NCBI GenBank assembly: GCA_002269645.1
Contig: NIVC01001037.1
Location: forward strand, 62,001-126,000
Length of the DNA: 64,000 nt
From: Macrostomum lignano
Taxonomy: Eukaryota
Reading direction: 5' to 3'
A program made the translations under genes and the position numbers. Under the pieces are notes generated by a model, which saw nothing but the letters and a program-made list of their open reading frames with translations, did not search any database and was not told where the DNA came from. Positions 40,490 through 51,387 of the stretch are shown in pieces (positions within the stretch are counted from its first letter, which is position 1; each line of letters starts with the position of its first letter).

Positions 40490-41205
40490 GTATTGATCCT
40501 TCAGCGGGTGCCGCTACCCTCTCTGATCCTTCAGCGGGTGCCGCTATCCTCCCTGATCCTTCAGCGGGTGCCGCTACCCTCTCTGATCCTTCAGCGGGTG
40601 CCGCTATCCTCCCTGATCCTTCAGCGGGTGCCGCTACCCTCTCTGATCCTTCAGCGGGTGCCGCTATCCTCCCTGATCCTTCAGCGGGTGCCGCTACCCT
40701 CTCTAATCCTTCAGCGGGTGCCGCTACCCTCTCTGATCCTTCAGCGGGTGCCGCTACCCTCTCTGATCCTTCAGCGGCTGCCGCTACCCTCCCTGATCCT
40801 TCAGCGGGTGCCGCTACCCTCCCTGATCCTTCAGCGGGTGCCGCTATCCTCCCTGATTCTTCAGCGGCTGCCGCTACCCTCCCTGATCCTTCAGCGGGTG
40901 CCGCTACCCTCTCTGATCCTTCAGCGGGTGCCGCTACCCTCCCTGATCCTTCAGCGGGTGCCGCTACCCTCTCTAATCCTTCAGCGGGTGCCGCTACCCT
41001 CTCTGATCCTTCAGCGGGTGCCGCTACCCTCTCTGATCCTTCAGCGGCTGCCGCTACCCTCCCTGATCCTTCAGCGGGTGCCGCTACCCTCCCTGATCCT
41101 TCAGCGGGTGCCGCTATCCTCCCTGATTCTTCAGCGGCTGCCGCTACCCTCCCTGATCCTTCAGCGGGTGCCGCTACCCTCCCTGATCCTTCAGCGGGTG
41201 CCGCG
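40490..41205. repeat. 30-bp minisatellite (GATCCTTCAGCGGGTGCCGCTACCCTCYCT), about 24 copies, in the probable RBM24 3' UTR
   Basis: Lies between the stop (40368) and AATAAA (41302-41307). Confidence 0.97.
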
Positions 41206-41301
41206 TACGCATGTAATTATAGAAAATCGTCTTAAAATTAAACTCGGAGATACGATACTACTAATCACAGTAGTCCAGTTTGCATCTGTTTGTGTAGATA
41301 A

Positions 41302-41307
41302 AATAAA
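41302..41307 (+). terminator. Candidate polyadenylation signal for RBM24
   Basis: First AATAAA I found downstream of the stop; a second is at 41589. Confidence 0.4.
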
Positions 41308-41684
41308 AAATGTAGTTCAATTATGACCAGCACTCAATTGTTCGGATCACGCTAGACAAGAATTACTACTAAGCACACAGTAGTGTGAATCCCTAATGCT
41401 CGTTATCTGCTAAATTATTTATGAAAAAAATTTTACTTTTGTATTTGATGTAACTTTTATTCTCGAAATTGCCATTTTCGCTGATCGAACACGCGTCTTG
41501 CTGCTAACTACAGCTGCTCACAAGTAGCATGCGCAAATTTTTTTCTCATTTTTAGACCCGCGTAGGAATGGACAGTTTTTTAATTTATAATAAATTGATG
41601 GCTGCTTTATACAGAAACTTGTCACCCCGCTCGTTTCTTCATGTATTGAAATTGAAATTGAAAACTCCTACTGAATATGGAACC

Positions 41685-42605
41685 TGTCTCTCCGCTCCCT
41701 GATCAGTCCCTGAGTCTGTCTCTCCGCTCCCTGATCAGTCCCTGAGTCTGTCTCTCCGCTCCCTGATCAGTCCCTGAGTCTGTCTCTCCGCTCCCTGATC
41801 AGTCCCTGAGTCTGTCTCTCCGCTCCCTGATCAGTCCCTGAGTCTGCAGCTCCGTTTCCCTGATCAGTCCCTGAATCTGCAGCTCCACTTCCCTGATCAG
41901 TCCCAGAGTCTGCAGCTCCGCTTCCCTGATCAGTCCCTGAGTCTGCAGCTCCGCTTCCCTGATCAGTCCCTGAGTCTGCCTCTCAGCTCCCTGATCAGTC
42001 CCTGAAGCTGCCTCTCCGCTTCCCTGATCAGTCCCTGAAGCTGCCTCTCCGCTTCCCTGATCAGTCCCTGAAGCTGCCTCTCCGCTTCCCTGATCAGTCC
42101 CTGAGTCTGCCTCTCCGCTCCCTGATCAGTCCCTGAGTCTGCCTCTCAGCTCCCTGATCAGTCCCTGAAGCTGCCTCTCCGCTTCCCTGATCAGTCCCTG
42201 AAGCTGCAGCTCCGCTCCCTGATCAGTCCCTGAGTCTGCCTCTCAGCTCCCTGATCAGTCCCTGAGTCTGTCTCTCCGCTCCCTGATCAGTCCCTGAGTC
42301 TGTCTCTCCGCTCCCTGATCAGTCCCTGAGTCTGTCTCTCCGCTCCCTGATCAGTCCCTGAGTCTGTCTCTCCGCTCCCTGATCAGTCCCTGAGTCTGTC
42401 TCTCCGCTCCCTGATCAGTCCCTGAGTCTGTCTCTCCGCTCCCTGATCAGTCCCTGAGTCTGCAGCTCCGCTTCCCTGATCAGTCCCTGAATCTGCAGCT
42501 CCGCTTCCCTGATCAGTCCCTGAGTCTGCAGCTCCGCTTCCCTGATCAGTCCCTGAGTCTGCAGCTCCGCTTCCCTGATCAGTCCCTGAGTCTGCAGCTC
42601 CGCTC
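41685..42605. repeat. 32/33-bp minisatellite (CCTGATCAGTCCCTGAGTCTGTCTCTCCGCTC and variants), between the convergent RBM24 and ZnF genes
   Basis: Tandem array. Confidence 0.96.
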
Positions 42606-43139
42606 CCTTAGGCTCCCGCCTTAGTTAAAAGAAGCGAGCTGATGGAGAGCTATTGAACACAATTATGAAATAATCAAGGTCACAAGGGTACAGTTTATTT
42701 TAACAAAAAATCAAAGTACCCGAGAACGCGCGCCGGTGCTTAGCAGATCAGCTTCCAAACAGTTGGAATCAAGGAACTTTCAAGTAATTATTAACAATTA
42801 ATTAACATCAGGTTTTAAAACACAGGATTTGAGACAAGAATGAACAGAGAATTATTATTAATCAAACAGAATGAGTCAAGAATTTAAAACCGACACAGCA
42901 TCATGTTTTTACATTGGATGAAGCAAAAGTTAGGAAATGAACTCTGTTGATTTCTGTGCTATTGTTGTTATATTGGAAAATTAATATAAAAATATAAAAA
43001 ACAGGTTAGCAACGACAGTTAACATCAGGAAGTAAATTTAATAGCGGCCAGCAACTGGAAAATTTACACAGAAATTCTCTGGGAAAAGTTCAAATAAACT
43101 TATCAGAAAATTGCAGACAAACAGATTGGACAAGTTGAG

Positions 43140-44785
43140 ATTAGAGGGCGTTTGTTGCAGAGATTTGAAGGCGATTCTTGAGGAGATTGGAGGGTGATTC
43201 TTGCAGAGATTGGAGGGTGATTCTTGAGGAGATTGGAGGGCGATTCTTGAGGAGATTGGAGGGTGATTCTTGCAGAGATTGGAGGGCGATTCTTGCAGAG
43301 ATTGGAGGGCGATTTTTGAGGAGATTGGAGGGTGATTCTTGAGGAGATTGGAGGGCGATTCTTGAGGAGATTGGAGGGTGATTCTTGCAGAGATTGGAGG
43401 GCGATTCTTGCAGAGATTGGAGGGCGATTTTTGAGGAGATTGGAGGGCTATTCCTGCAGAGATTGGAGGGCGATTCCTGCAGAGATTTGTAGGGCTATTC
43501 CTGCAGAGATTGGAGGGCGATTCCTGCAGAGGTTGGAGGGCGATTCCTGCAGAGATTGGAGGGCGATTCCTGCAGAGATTGGAGGGCGATTCCTGCAGAG
43601 ATTGGAGGGCGATTCCTGCAGAGATTTGTAGGGCTATTCCTGCAGAGATTGGAGGGCGATTCCTGCAGAGATTTGTAGGGCTATTCCTGCAGAGATTGGA
43701 GGGCGATTCTTGCAGAGATTTGTAGGGCTATTCCTGCAGAGATTGGAGGGCGATTCCTGCAGAGGTTGGAGGGCGATTCCTGCAGAGATTGGAGGGCGAT
43801 TCCTGCAGAGATTGGAGGGCGATTCCTGCAGAGATTGGAGGGCGATTCCTGCAGAGATTTGTAGGGCTATTCCTGCAGAGATTGGAGGGCGATTCCTGCA
43901 GAGATTTGTAGGGCTATTCCTGCAGAGATTGGAGGGCGATTCTTGCAGAGATTTGTAGGGCTATTCCTGCAGAGATTGGAGGGCGATTCCTGCAGAGGTT
44001 GGAGGGCGATTCCTGCAGAGGTTGGAGGGCGATTCCTGCAGAGATTGGAGGGCGATTCCTGCAGAGATTGGAGGGCGATTCCTGCAGAGATTTGTAGGGC
44101 CATTCCTGCAGAGATTGGAGGGCGATTCCTGCAGAGATTTGTAGGGCTATTCCTGCAGAGATTGGAGGGCGATTCTTGCAGAGATTTGTAGGGCTATTCC
44201 TGCAGAGATTGGAGGGCGATTCCTGCAGAGGTTGGAGGGCGATTCCTGCAGAGATTGGAGGGCGATTCCTGCAGAGATTGGAGGGCGATTCCTGCAGAGA
44301 TTTGTAGGGCTATTCCTGCAGAGATTGGAGGGCGATTCCTGCAGAGATTTGTAGGGCTATTCCTGCAGAGATTGGAGGGCGATTCTTGCAGAGATTTGTA
44401 GGGCTATTCCTGCAGAGATTGGAGGGCGATTCCTGCAGAGGTTGGAGGGCGATTCCTGCAGAGATTGGAGGGCGATTCCTGCAGAGATTGGAGGGCGATT
44501 CCTGCAGAGATTGGAGGGCGATTCCTGCAGAGATTTGTAGGGCTATTCCTGCAGAGATTGGAGGGCGATTCCTGCAGAGATTTGTAGGGCTATTCCTGCA
44601 GAGATTGGAGGGCGATTCTTGCAGAGATTTGTAGGGCTATTCCTGCAGAGATTGGAGGGCGATTCTTGCAGAGATTTGTAGGGCTATTCCTGCAGAGATT
44701 GGAGGGCGATTCCTGCAGAGATTTGAGGGCAATTCTTGCAGAGATTTGGAGGGCGATTCTTTTAGAGATTGGAGGGCTATTTTTG
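43140..44785. repeat. 23/24-bp satellite (GGAGGGCGATTCCTGCAGAGATT, TGTAGGGCTATTCCTGCAGAGATT) with a ~233-bp higher-order unit
   Basis: Near-identical 82-aa pseudo-ORFs recur at 43710, 43943 and 44386. Confidence 0.96.
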
Positions 44786-44972
44786 CGGAGATAAATTGCG
44801 CTGTTTCAAAGACAGGTGACTCTGAAGTCGTTAAACAGTAAAAACTACTCAATGCAAAAAGACAGCAAACTGTGGATTCAAATTTGTGACACCCCAGAAC
44901 ACACGAACTTGACTTGTACAAGCAGAAACTAATAAAAGTACAAAAATCGGTCTCAGAAGTCTCATTCTACAA

Positions 44973-47900
44973 TCATTTCCCGCCCGGGGCTCGAATCGGC
45001 AGTCCCTGAATGGCGTCCCTGTACGCCTGCGGCGGCCGCGTCTTTGGCCGGTCGCCCGGGTGCGCCTCGGTGAAGTGCGTGTCCAGAACTTCGCGCGACC
45101 AGTAGGAGCGCCGGCACAGGTGGCAGTGGTGCGGGAACACGCCCAGGTGGTACTGCACAATGTGATCCTTCAGGCTGTTCAAGCTGCTGGAGGAGCTGGT
45201 GCACACCGAGCAGTGGTAGGTCACCCCGCCGAAGTTGCCACGCTTGCGCACCACCCAGCACTTGGCCAGAGGCGCCGGGTCCACCGCCCGGTCCAGCGAG
45301 TCCGGCATCAGCAGCAGCTCCTTGCCGTTCACCATCACGCTGGCTGGCTGGGCGGCCGCCGTCTCGGCGCCTTCCTCTTCATCGTCCTGCTCCTCATCGT
45401 CTTCCTGGGCTTCGGTCTCAGCCTCCTCCTCTTCCTCATCGCCAGCCTCTTCCTCCGCTTCGCCGTCTTCGCCGTCTTCCTCAGCGCCGTCGTCCTCGAT
45501 AATCTGCATCTCGGCATCGTCAGCATAGTCTTCCTCATCAGCCTCCTCCTCGTTCCCTTCTTCATCGTCTCCAGCCTCCCCAGCCTCCTCATCATTGTCG
45601 CCGTTATCAGCTCCGTCCTCGTAATCTTCCTCTTCATCATCTTGTTCCTGGTCTTCTTCTTCCGACATCGATCGGGGCCGCTTCCTGCTGCCGGAAGAAG
45701 AATTGCCAGAGGCCGAGGCAGCTGCGGAGGCGGCGGCGGCGGCAGCGGCGGCTTCTCGACGAGTCTTGGCGGCCGCGATGGCGGCGGCGGAGCGCTGCAG
45801 AATCCGCTTGGCCTGACTGGACGGCTTGACGTCCACGCGGTTCATGGCGTAGCGATAGGCCGAGTACTGCAGCAGGTGGAACTCGCGCTGCGGGTGCTCC
45901 AGCAGGTGGTGCCGGAACACGTGGTTCCTGACCGCGTACAGCTTGCCACACACGCTGCACTTGTGCCCGGGAATGCGCAGGTGGTCGCGCACGATGTGGC
46001 CCCGGACTGGGCCAACATTGTGGGAGCCGAACTCGCACCAGCTGCAGGTGAACTGGCACCTGCCCGGCGGCAGCGGCTTCTCCGACTCGTCAGCCTGGAT
46101 GACGAAACAGGTTGTGGGGATCTGCGGCCGGTCGGACGAGCACTGCATCTCTGGCGGGACGCCCGCGCTGGACGATGTCGAATCCTCCGCGTCCTCGCCT
46201 GGCTCGTCGGCTGAGGCCACGGAGGTCACGAGTTCCTGGTCGGAGCCGGCGCCCGTGGTTTTGATTTTTATTCGAAGACCTTTATTGGGCGAGGCGGCGA
46301 CGCTGCCGGTGGCCGAGGCAGGCGACACCGAGGCTGCGGGGGTGCCGCTCTGGAACGGAGATTTAAGGTAGATTTAGGGTGGATTCTCGGGTAGATTTAG
46401 GGTGGATTCTCGGGTAGATTTAGGGTGGATTCTCGGGTAGATTTAGGGTGGATTCTCGGGTAGATTTAGGGTGGATTCTCAGGTAGATTGAGGGTCGATT
46501 CTCAGGTATATTCCCAGGTACTCGTAGATTTAGGGTAGATTTTCGGGTATACTCTCAGGTAGATTTAGGGTCGATTCTTGGGTAGATTTAGGGTTGATTC
46601 TCAGGTAGATTTAGGGTCGATTCTTGGGTAGATTTAGGGTTGATTCTCAGGTAGATTTAGGGTCGATTCTTGGGTAGATTTAGGGTTGATTCTCAGGTAG
46701 ATTTAGGGTCGATTCTCAGCTAGATTTAGGGTAGATTCTCAGATAGATTTAGGGTATATTCTCAGATAGATTTAGGGTAGATTCTCGAATAGATTTAGGG
46801 TAGATTCTCAGATAGATTTAGGGTAGATTCTCAGCTAGATTTAGGGTCGATTCTCTGAGATTTAGGGCAGATTCTTAGGTAGATTTAGGGTCGATTCCAA
46901 GGTAGATTTGAGGTTGATTTCCAGGTAAATTAAGGGTGGATTTGGGTAAGATTTTGGGTGTGATTTGGGTAGACAAGTTACTTTCATTGTAGGTTTAGGT
47001 AAGATGCAGATTTTGATGATTGAAATCAAAAATCAACTCACAGAGGCGGCTCTGGCGGGTCGGAGCGGCACCATGCTGGGAAATGCGGCATCATAAGAGG
47101 CGGTGGACGCAGCGGCAGCGGCGGAAACGGCAGCTGCAGACGAAACAGCCGACAAGGCCTCGGTGGCAGCGCCGCCCCTGCCGAGTTTTTCCTCGTTCGG
47201 TCCGACCGTGCCCTTCCACTTGAGTCTGGCCAGCTGGATGAGCAGCGGGTCGGGCAGCAGGCGGTTGTCGTCTCTGCTCAGGCGGCTGGCGTGCAGGCAG
47301 GCCGTCTTGAACCTGTCCGGCACCTTGGCGTGCACGCCCAGGATGTGCTTGCGAATGTCGCCCATGCCGTGCGGGCTGGAGGCGGAGCAGCCGGAGCAAC
47401 GGAACACCCGCTTGTTATCCGACACTGTGCGAGTCACGGCCACCTTGTAGGTGCTGTAGTACTCCATCTTCTCGCGCAGAATCTCCATGGTTTCCGAGTC
47501 GCAAGCTCCCTCAATGAGGACCTGAACACAGCGCCAAAGGCGGATGGGAAACCTTTGTTCAGATGGGTTAGTGGGTCCGATAGGGACTGGGGATAAGTCA
47601 GCGTTGGATCAGGGACTGTCGGTGGGTCAGAATGGGTCAGTTTTGGATCAGGGACTGTCGGTGGGTCAGGAGAGGATGGGTCAGTCTTAGATCAGGGACT
47701 GTCGGTGGGTCAGGATGGGTCAGTGTTGGATCAGAGACTTCGGTGGGTCAGGATGGGTCAGTGTTGGATCAGGGACTGTCGGTGGGTCAGGATATGTCAG
47801 TCTTGAATTAGGGGATGTCGGTGGGTCAGGATAGGTCAGTGTTGGATCAGGGACTGTCGGTGGGTCAGGACATGTCAGTCTTGGATTAGGGGATGTCGGT

Positions 47901-50900
47901 GGGTCAGGATAGGTCAGTGTTGGATCAGGGACTGTCGGTGGGTCAGGATAGGTCAGTGTTGAATCAGGGAATGTCGGTGGGTCAGGATGGTCAGTGTCGA
48001 AATTCGGCAGGAAATAATTCCCAAGACAAGTGAGCGATACGTCAGACTCTCACCTGCAGCGCGCTAAACGAATACGGCAGTTCGACCGCCCGCTCCAGCT
48101 CGCCTTCTTCTTCCAAAACCCGCAGGCTTGCCAGCCGCTGCTCCTGGGTGGCCACCTCATGGGGCTGGATTGGCGGCTCCGACCTGCCCAGGCCGCCGCC
48201 CAGCATAGTCGGCGTTGAAGTTGACAGGCCGCCAGCCGACGAGGCGCCGGCGGGCGACGCGGTCGGCGATATTGCGGCGGCGCGGTGCTCGGAGTCGGCA
48301 ATGAGGCCCAGGGCGGCTGTTGGAGCGAATTTGTGGATGCGTGAGGCTGGGACTAGGAGGCTGACCCAGCAACTGGGGATCTGGGAGGCTGGTCCAGCAA
48401 CTGGGGATCTGGGAGACTGACCCAGCAACTGGGGATCTGGGAGGCTGGTCCAGCAACTGAGGATCTGGGAGGCTGGCCCAGCAACGGGAGATCTGGGAGG
48501 CTTCCCCAGCAACTGGGGATCTGGGAGGCTGGCCCAGCAACTGGGGATCTAGGAGGCTGACCCAGCAACTGGGGATCTAGGAGGCTGGCCCAGCAGCTGA
48601 GGAAATGGGAGGCTGGCCCAGCAACTGAGGATCTGGGAGGCTGGCCCAGCAACTGGAGATCAGGGAGGCTGGCCCAGCAACTGGGGATCTGGGAGGCTGG
48701 CCCAGCAACTGAGGATCTGGGAGGCTGGCTCAGCAACTGGGGATCTGGGAGGCTGGCCCAGCAGCTGGGGATCTGGGAGGCTGGCCCAGCAGCTGGGGAT
48801 CTGGGAGGCTGGCCCAGCAACTGGGGATCTGGGAGGCTGACCCAGCAACTGGGGATCTGAGAGGCTGGCCCAGCAACTGGGGATCTGGGAGGCTGCCCCA
48901 GCAACTGGGGATCTGGGAGGCTGGCCCAGCAACTGGGGATCTGGGAGGCTGGCTCAGCAACTGAGGATCTGGGAGGCTGGCCCAGCAACTGGGGATCTGG
49001 GAGGCTGACCCAGCAACTGGGGATCTGGGAGGCTGACCCAGCAACTGGGGATCTGGGAGGCTGGCCCAGCAACTGAGGATCTGAGAGGCTGGCCCAGCAA
49101 CTGAGGATCTGGGAGGCTGGCCCAGCAACTGAGGATCTGGGAGGCTGGCCCAGCAACTGAGGATCTGGGAGGCTGGCCCAGCAACTGAGGATCTGGGAGG
49201 CTGGCCCAGCAACTGAGGATCTGGGAGGCTGGCCCAGCAACTAAGGATCTGGGAGGCTGGCCCAGCAACTGGGGATCTTTCAATTTACAAGTGTGCATTA
49301 CTAGGCTCCATAAAGCTACGAATAGGAAAAGGGCCGGTCACAAAAACACAGCGTGAGCAGCAGCGCACCGGATGAGCTGGACTTGAGCAGCTTGCCGGTC
49401 TCGCCAGGCCACACCGGGTGCGAGCTGTACAGCAGGGAGGAGAACTCCGGCTGCTGCTGCTTCTTCCCCGCATCGTCGCCGCGCTGCTGCGATTCGCCCG
49501 TCAGCATCGAGCAGGAGTCCTCGCCAGGGCCGCAGCCGCTCTCGTCCAGTCGAGAGTTCTGGTTGCTAAGCGCGCTGTCGTCAAGGGAACGAGGCGCGGA
49601 AGCAAAATTCGTGGAAGCCTTGGCCGGCCGCTCGTTGGCCAGCCGGAGCAGCATCTCGTCCGCGTACAGATGCCAGTTGTTCTCCCGCGAGATGCGGCTG
49701 GCCTGACAGCAGGTGGTCAGCATCTCGTGCGAGATTCTGGCGTGGACGCCCATCACGTGACGCCTGGCGTCGGCCAGGGTGCTGGGGCGGACGCTGTTGC
49801 CCGGCCGGCGCACCGTGTGGAAGACGCGGCCGCAGATGCACTTGTACGCCACGGTTTTTCCGCGGGCAATCTGCCTGACCAGCTGGTACTTGGAGTAGGC
49901 CCGCATCTTCGCCACCAGACTGTCCTGGTGCGGCCGGTCGCTGGCGTCCCGGAGCAGATGGCGGAGCACCGCCTCAGAGAAGGGCAGGTTGATCACCTGG
50001 TGGGGAGGCGACGGACAGACACTCCTAGAGTCCGTTCTGCTTATTGACATTCAGTCTGGCACTCTTAGATTCAGTCTGACACTCTCAGATTCAGTCTGGC
50101 ACTCTCAGATTCAGTCTGGCACTCTCAGATTCAGTCTGGCACTCTCCGATTCAGTCTGGCACTCTCAGATTCAGTCTAGCACTCTCAGATTCAGTCTGGC
50201 ACTCTTAGATTCAGTCTGGCACTCTCCGATTCAGTCTGGCACTCTCCGATTCAGTCTAGCACTCTCAGATTCAGTCTGGCACTCTTAAATTCAGTCTGGC
50301 ACTCTTAGATTCAATCTGGCACTCTCAGATCCAGTCTGGCACTCTTAGATTCAGTCTGGCACTCTTAAATTCAGTCTGGCACTCTCCTATTCAATATTTC
50401 AGTCTCCTATCTAATGTCATTTTTTCGTTTGATCTGGCACTGATACTCAATCTGTCACTATTCTATTCAATCTGTCACTCCGCACACCAGAAAATCTCGC
50501 GAGTTCGCACCTCCTCCTCGTCAACCCCGTCGGCCTCCTCAAAGTGGCTGGGGTTCTGGCCGAAGTGCAGCATGGCGCCTTTCCCAGCCGTATCGGTGAA
50601 GCCCGTCGATGAAGAAGCGGTGACAGCGGAACCCGCCGCAGTGACGCCGTCCACCGAGGACGGCGTTGACGGCGGCTTCAGCTGTTGAGACAAGCTGGAC
50701 GGAGGCTCCAGCACCGCGGCAGCGTCCGGGTCAAGCATCATCACATCCTCGGCGTCCTCAGACGAACCGGCGGCCCTGGGGTCGGACTGGCGAACCCGAA
50801 CGAATTCCCTAGCGAGCCGGATGAGCTTGTCGTCGGAGAGCAGGGTGTACTCAGCCGGGTCCAGGCGGGACGCCTGCAGGCAGTAGCGGAAGTGCTTGGT

Positions 50901-51144
50901 TGAAATGCCGCAGTGGGCGCCCAGGATGTGCTTGCGAACGTCGGCCAGAGCGTGCGGCGAAGCGTAATTGCAGGAGCCGCACAGGTACTTCTTGCCGTTG
51001 CGGGCATCCACTATCACGTACAGAGTGGAGTAGGTGGCCATCTTGGCGATGAGGTACTCCTGCAGTGCGGAGGGGAAGCTGGACTTGGGACTGCGGTGTC
51101 TTAAGATGTGCCTGCCTGCCTGTCTGTCTGTCTGTCTGTCTTAG

Positions 51145-51221
<77 letters not shown>

Positions 51222-51265
51222 GACCGTCTGTCCGTCTCTCTTTAATGTCTTTCTGTCTGTCTTAG

Positions 51266-51310
<45 letters not shown>

Positions 51311-51352
51311 TTAATGTCTTTCTGTCTGTCTGTCTGTCTTAGTGTCTGTCCA

Positions 51353-51387
<35 letters not shown>

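Noticed and set aside
40478-41326. DPSAGAATLP / RVPLPSLILQ repeat ORFs resembling mucin or antifreeze proteins
   Set aside because: 30-bp array with no ATG start, downstream of the RBM24 stop; kept only as a speculative alternative tail
43140-44785. GGGCGATTCC as NF-kB sites
   Set aside because: Position 4 is C rather than a purine, so the match to GGGRNNYYCC is imperfect
48353-49240. 295-aa Pro/Ser/Gln ORF
   Set aside because: Read-through of the 28-bp intronic array into the true exon at 48316
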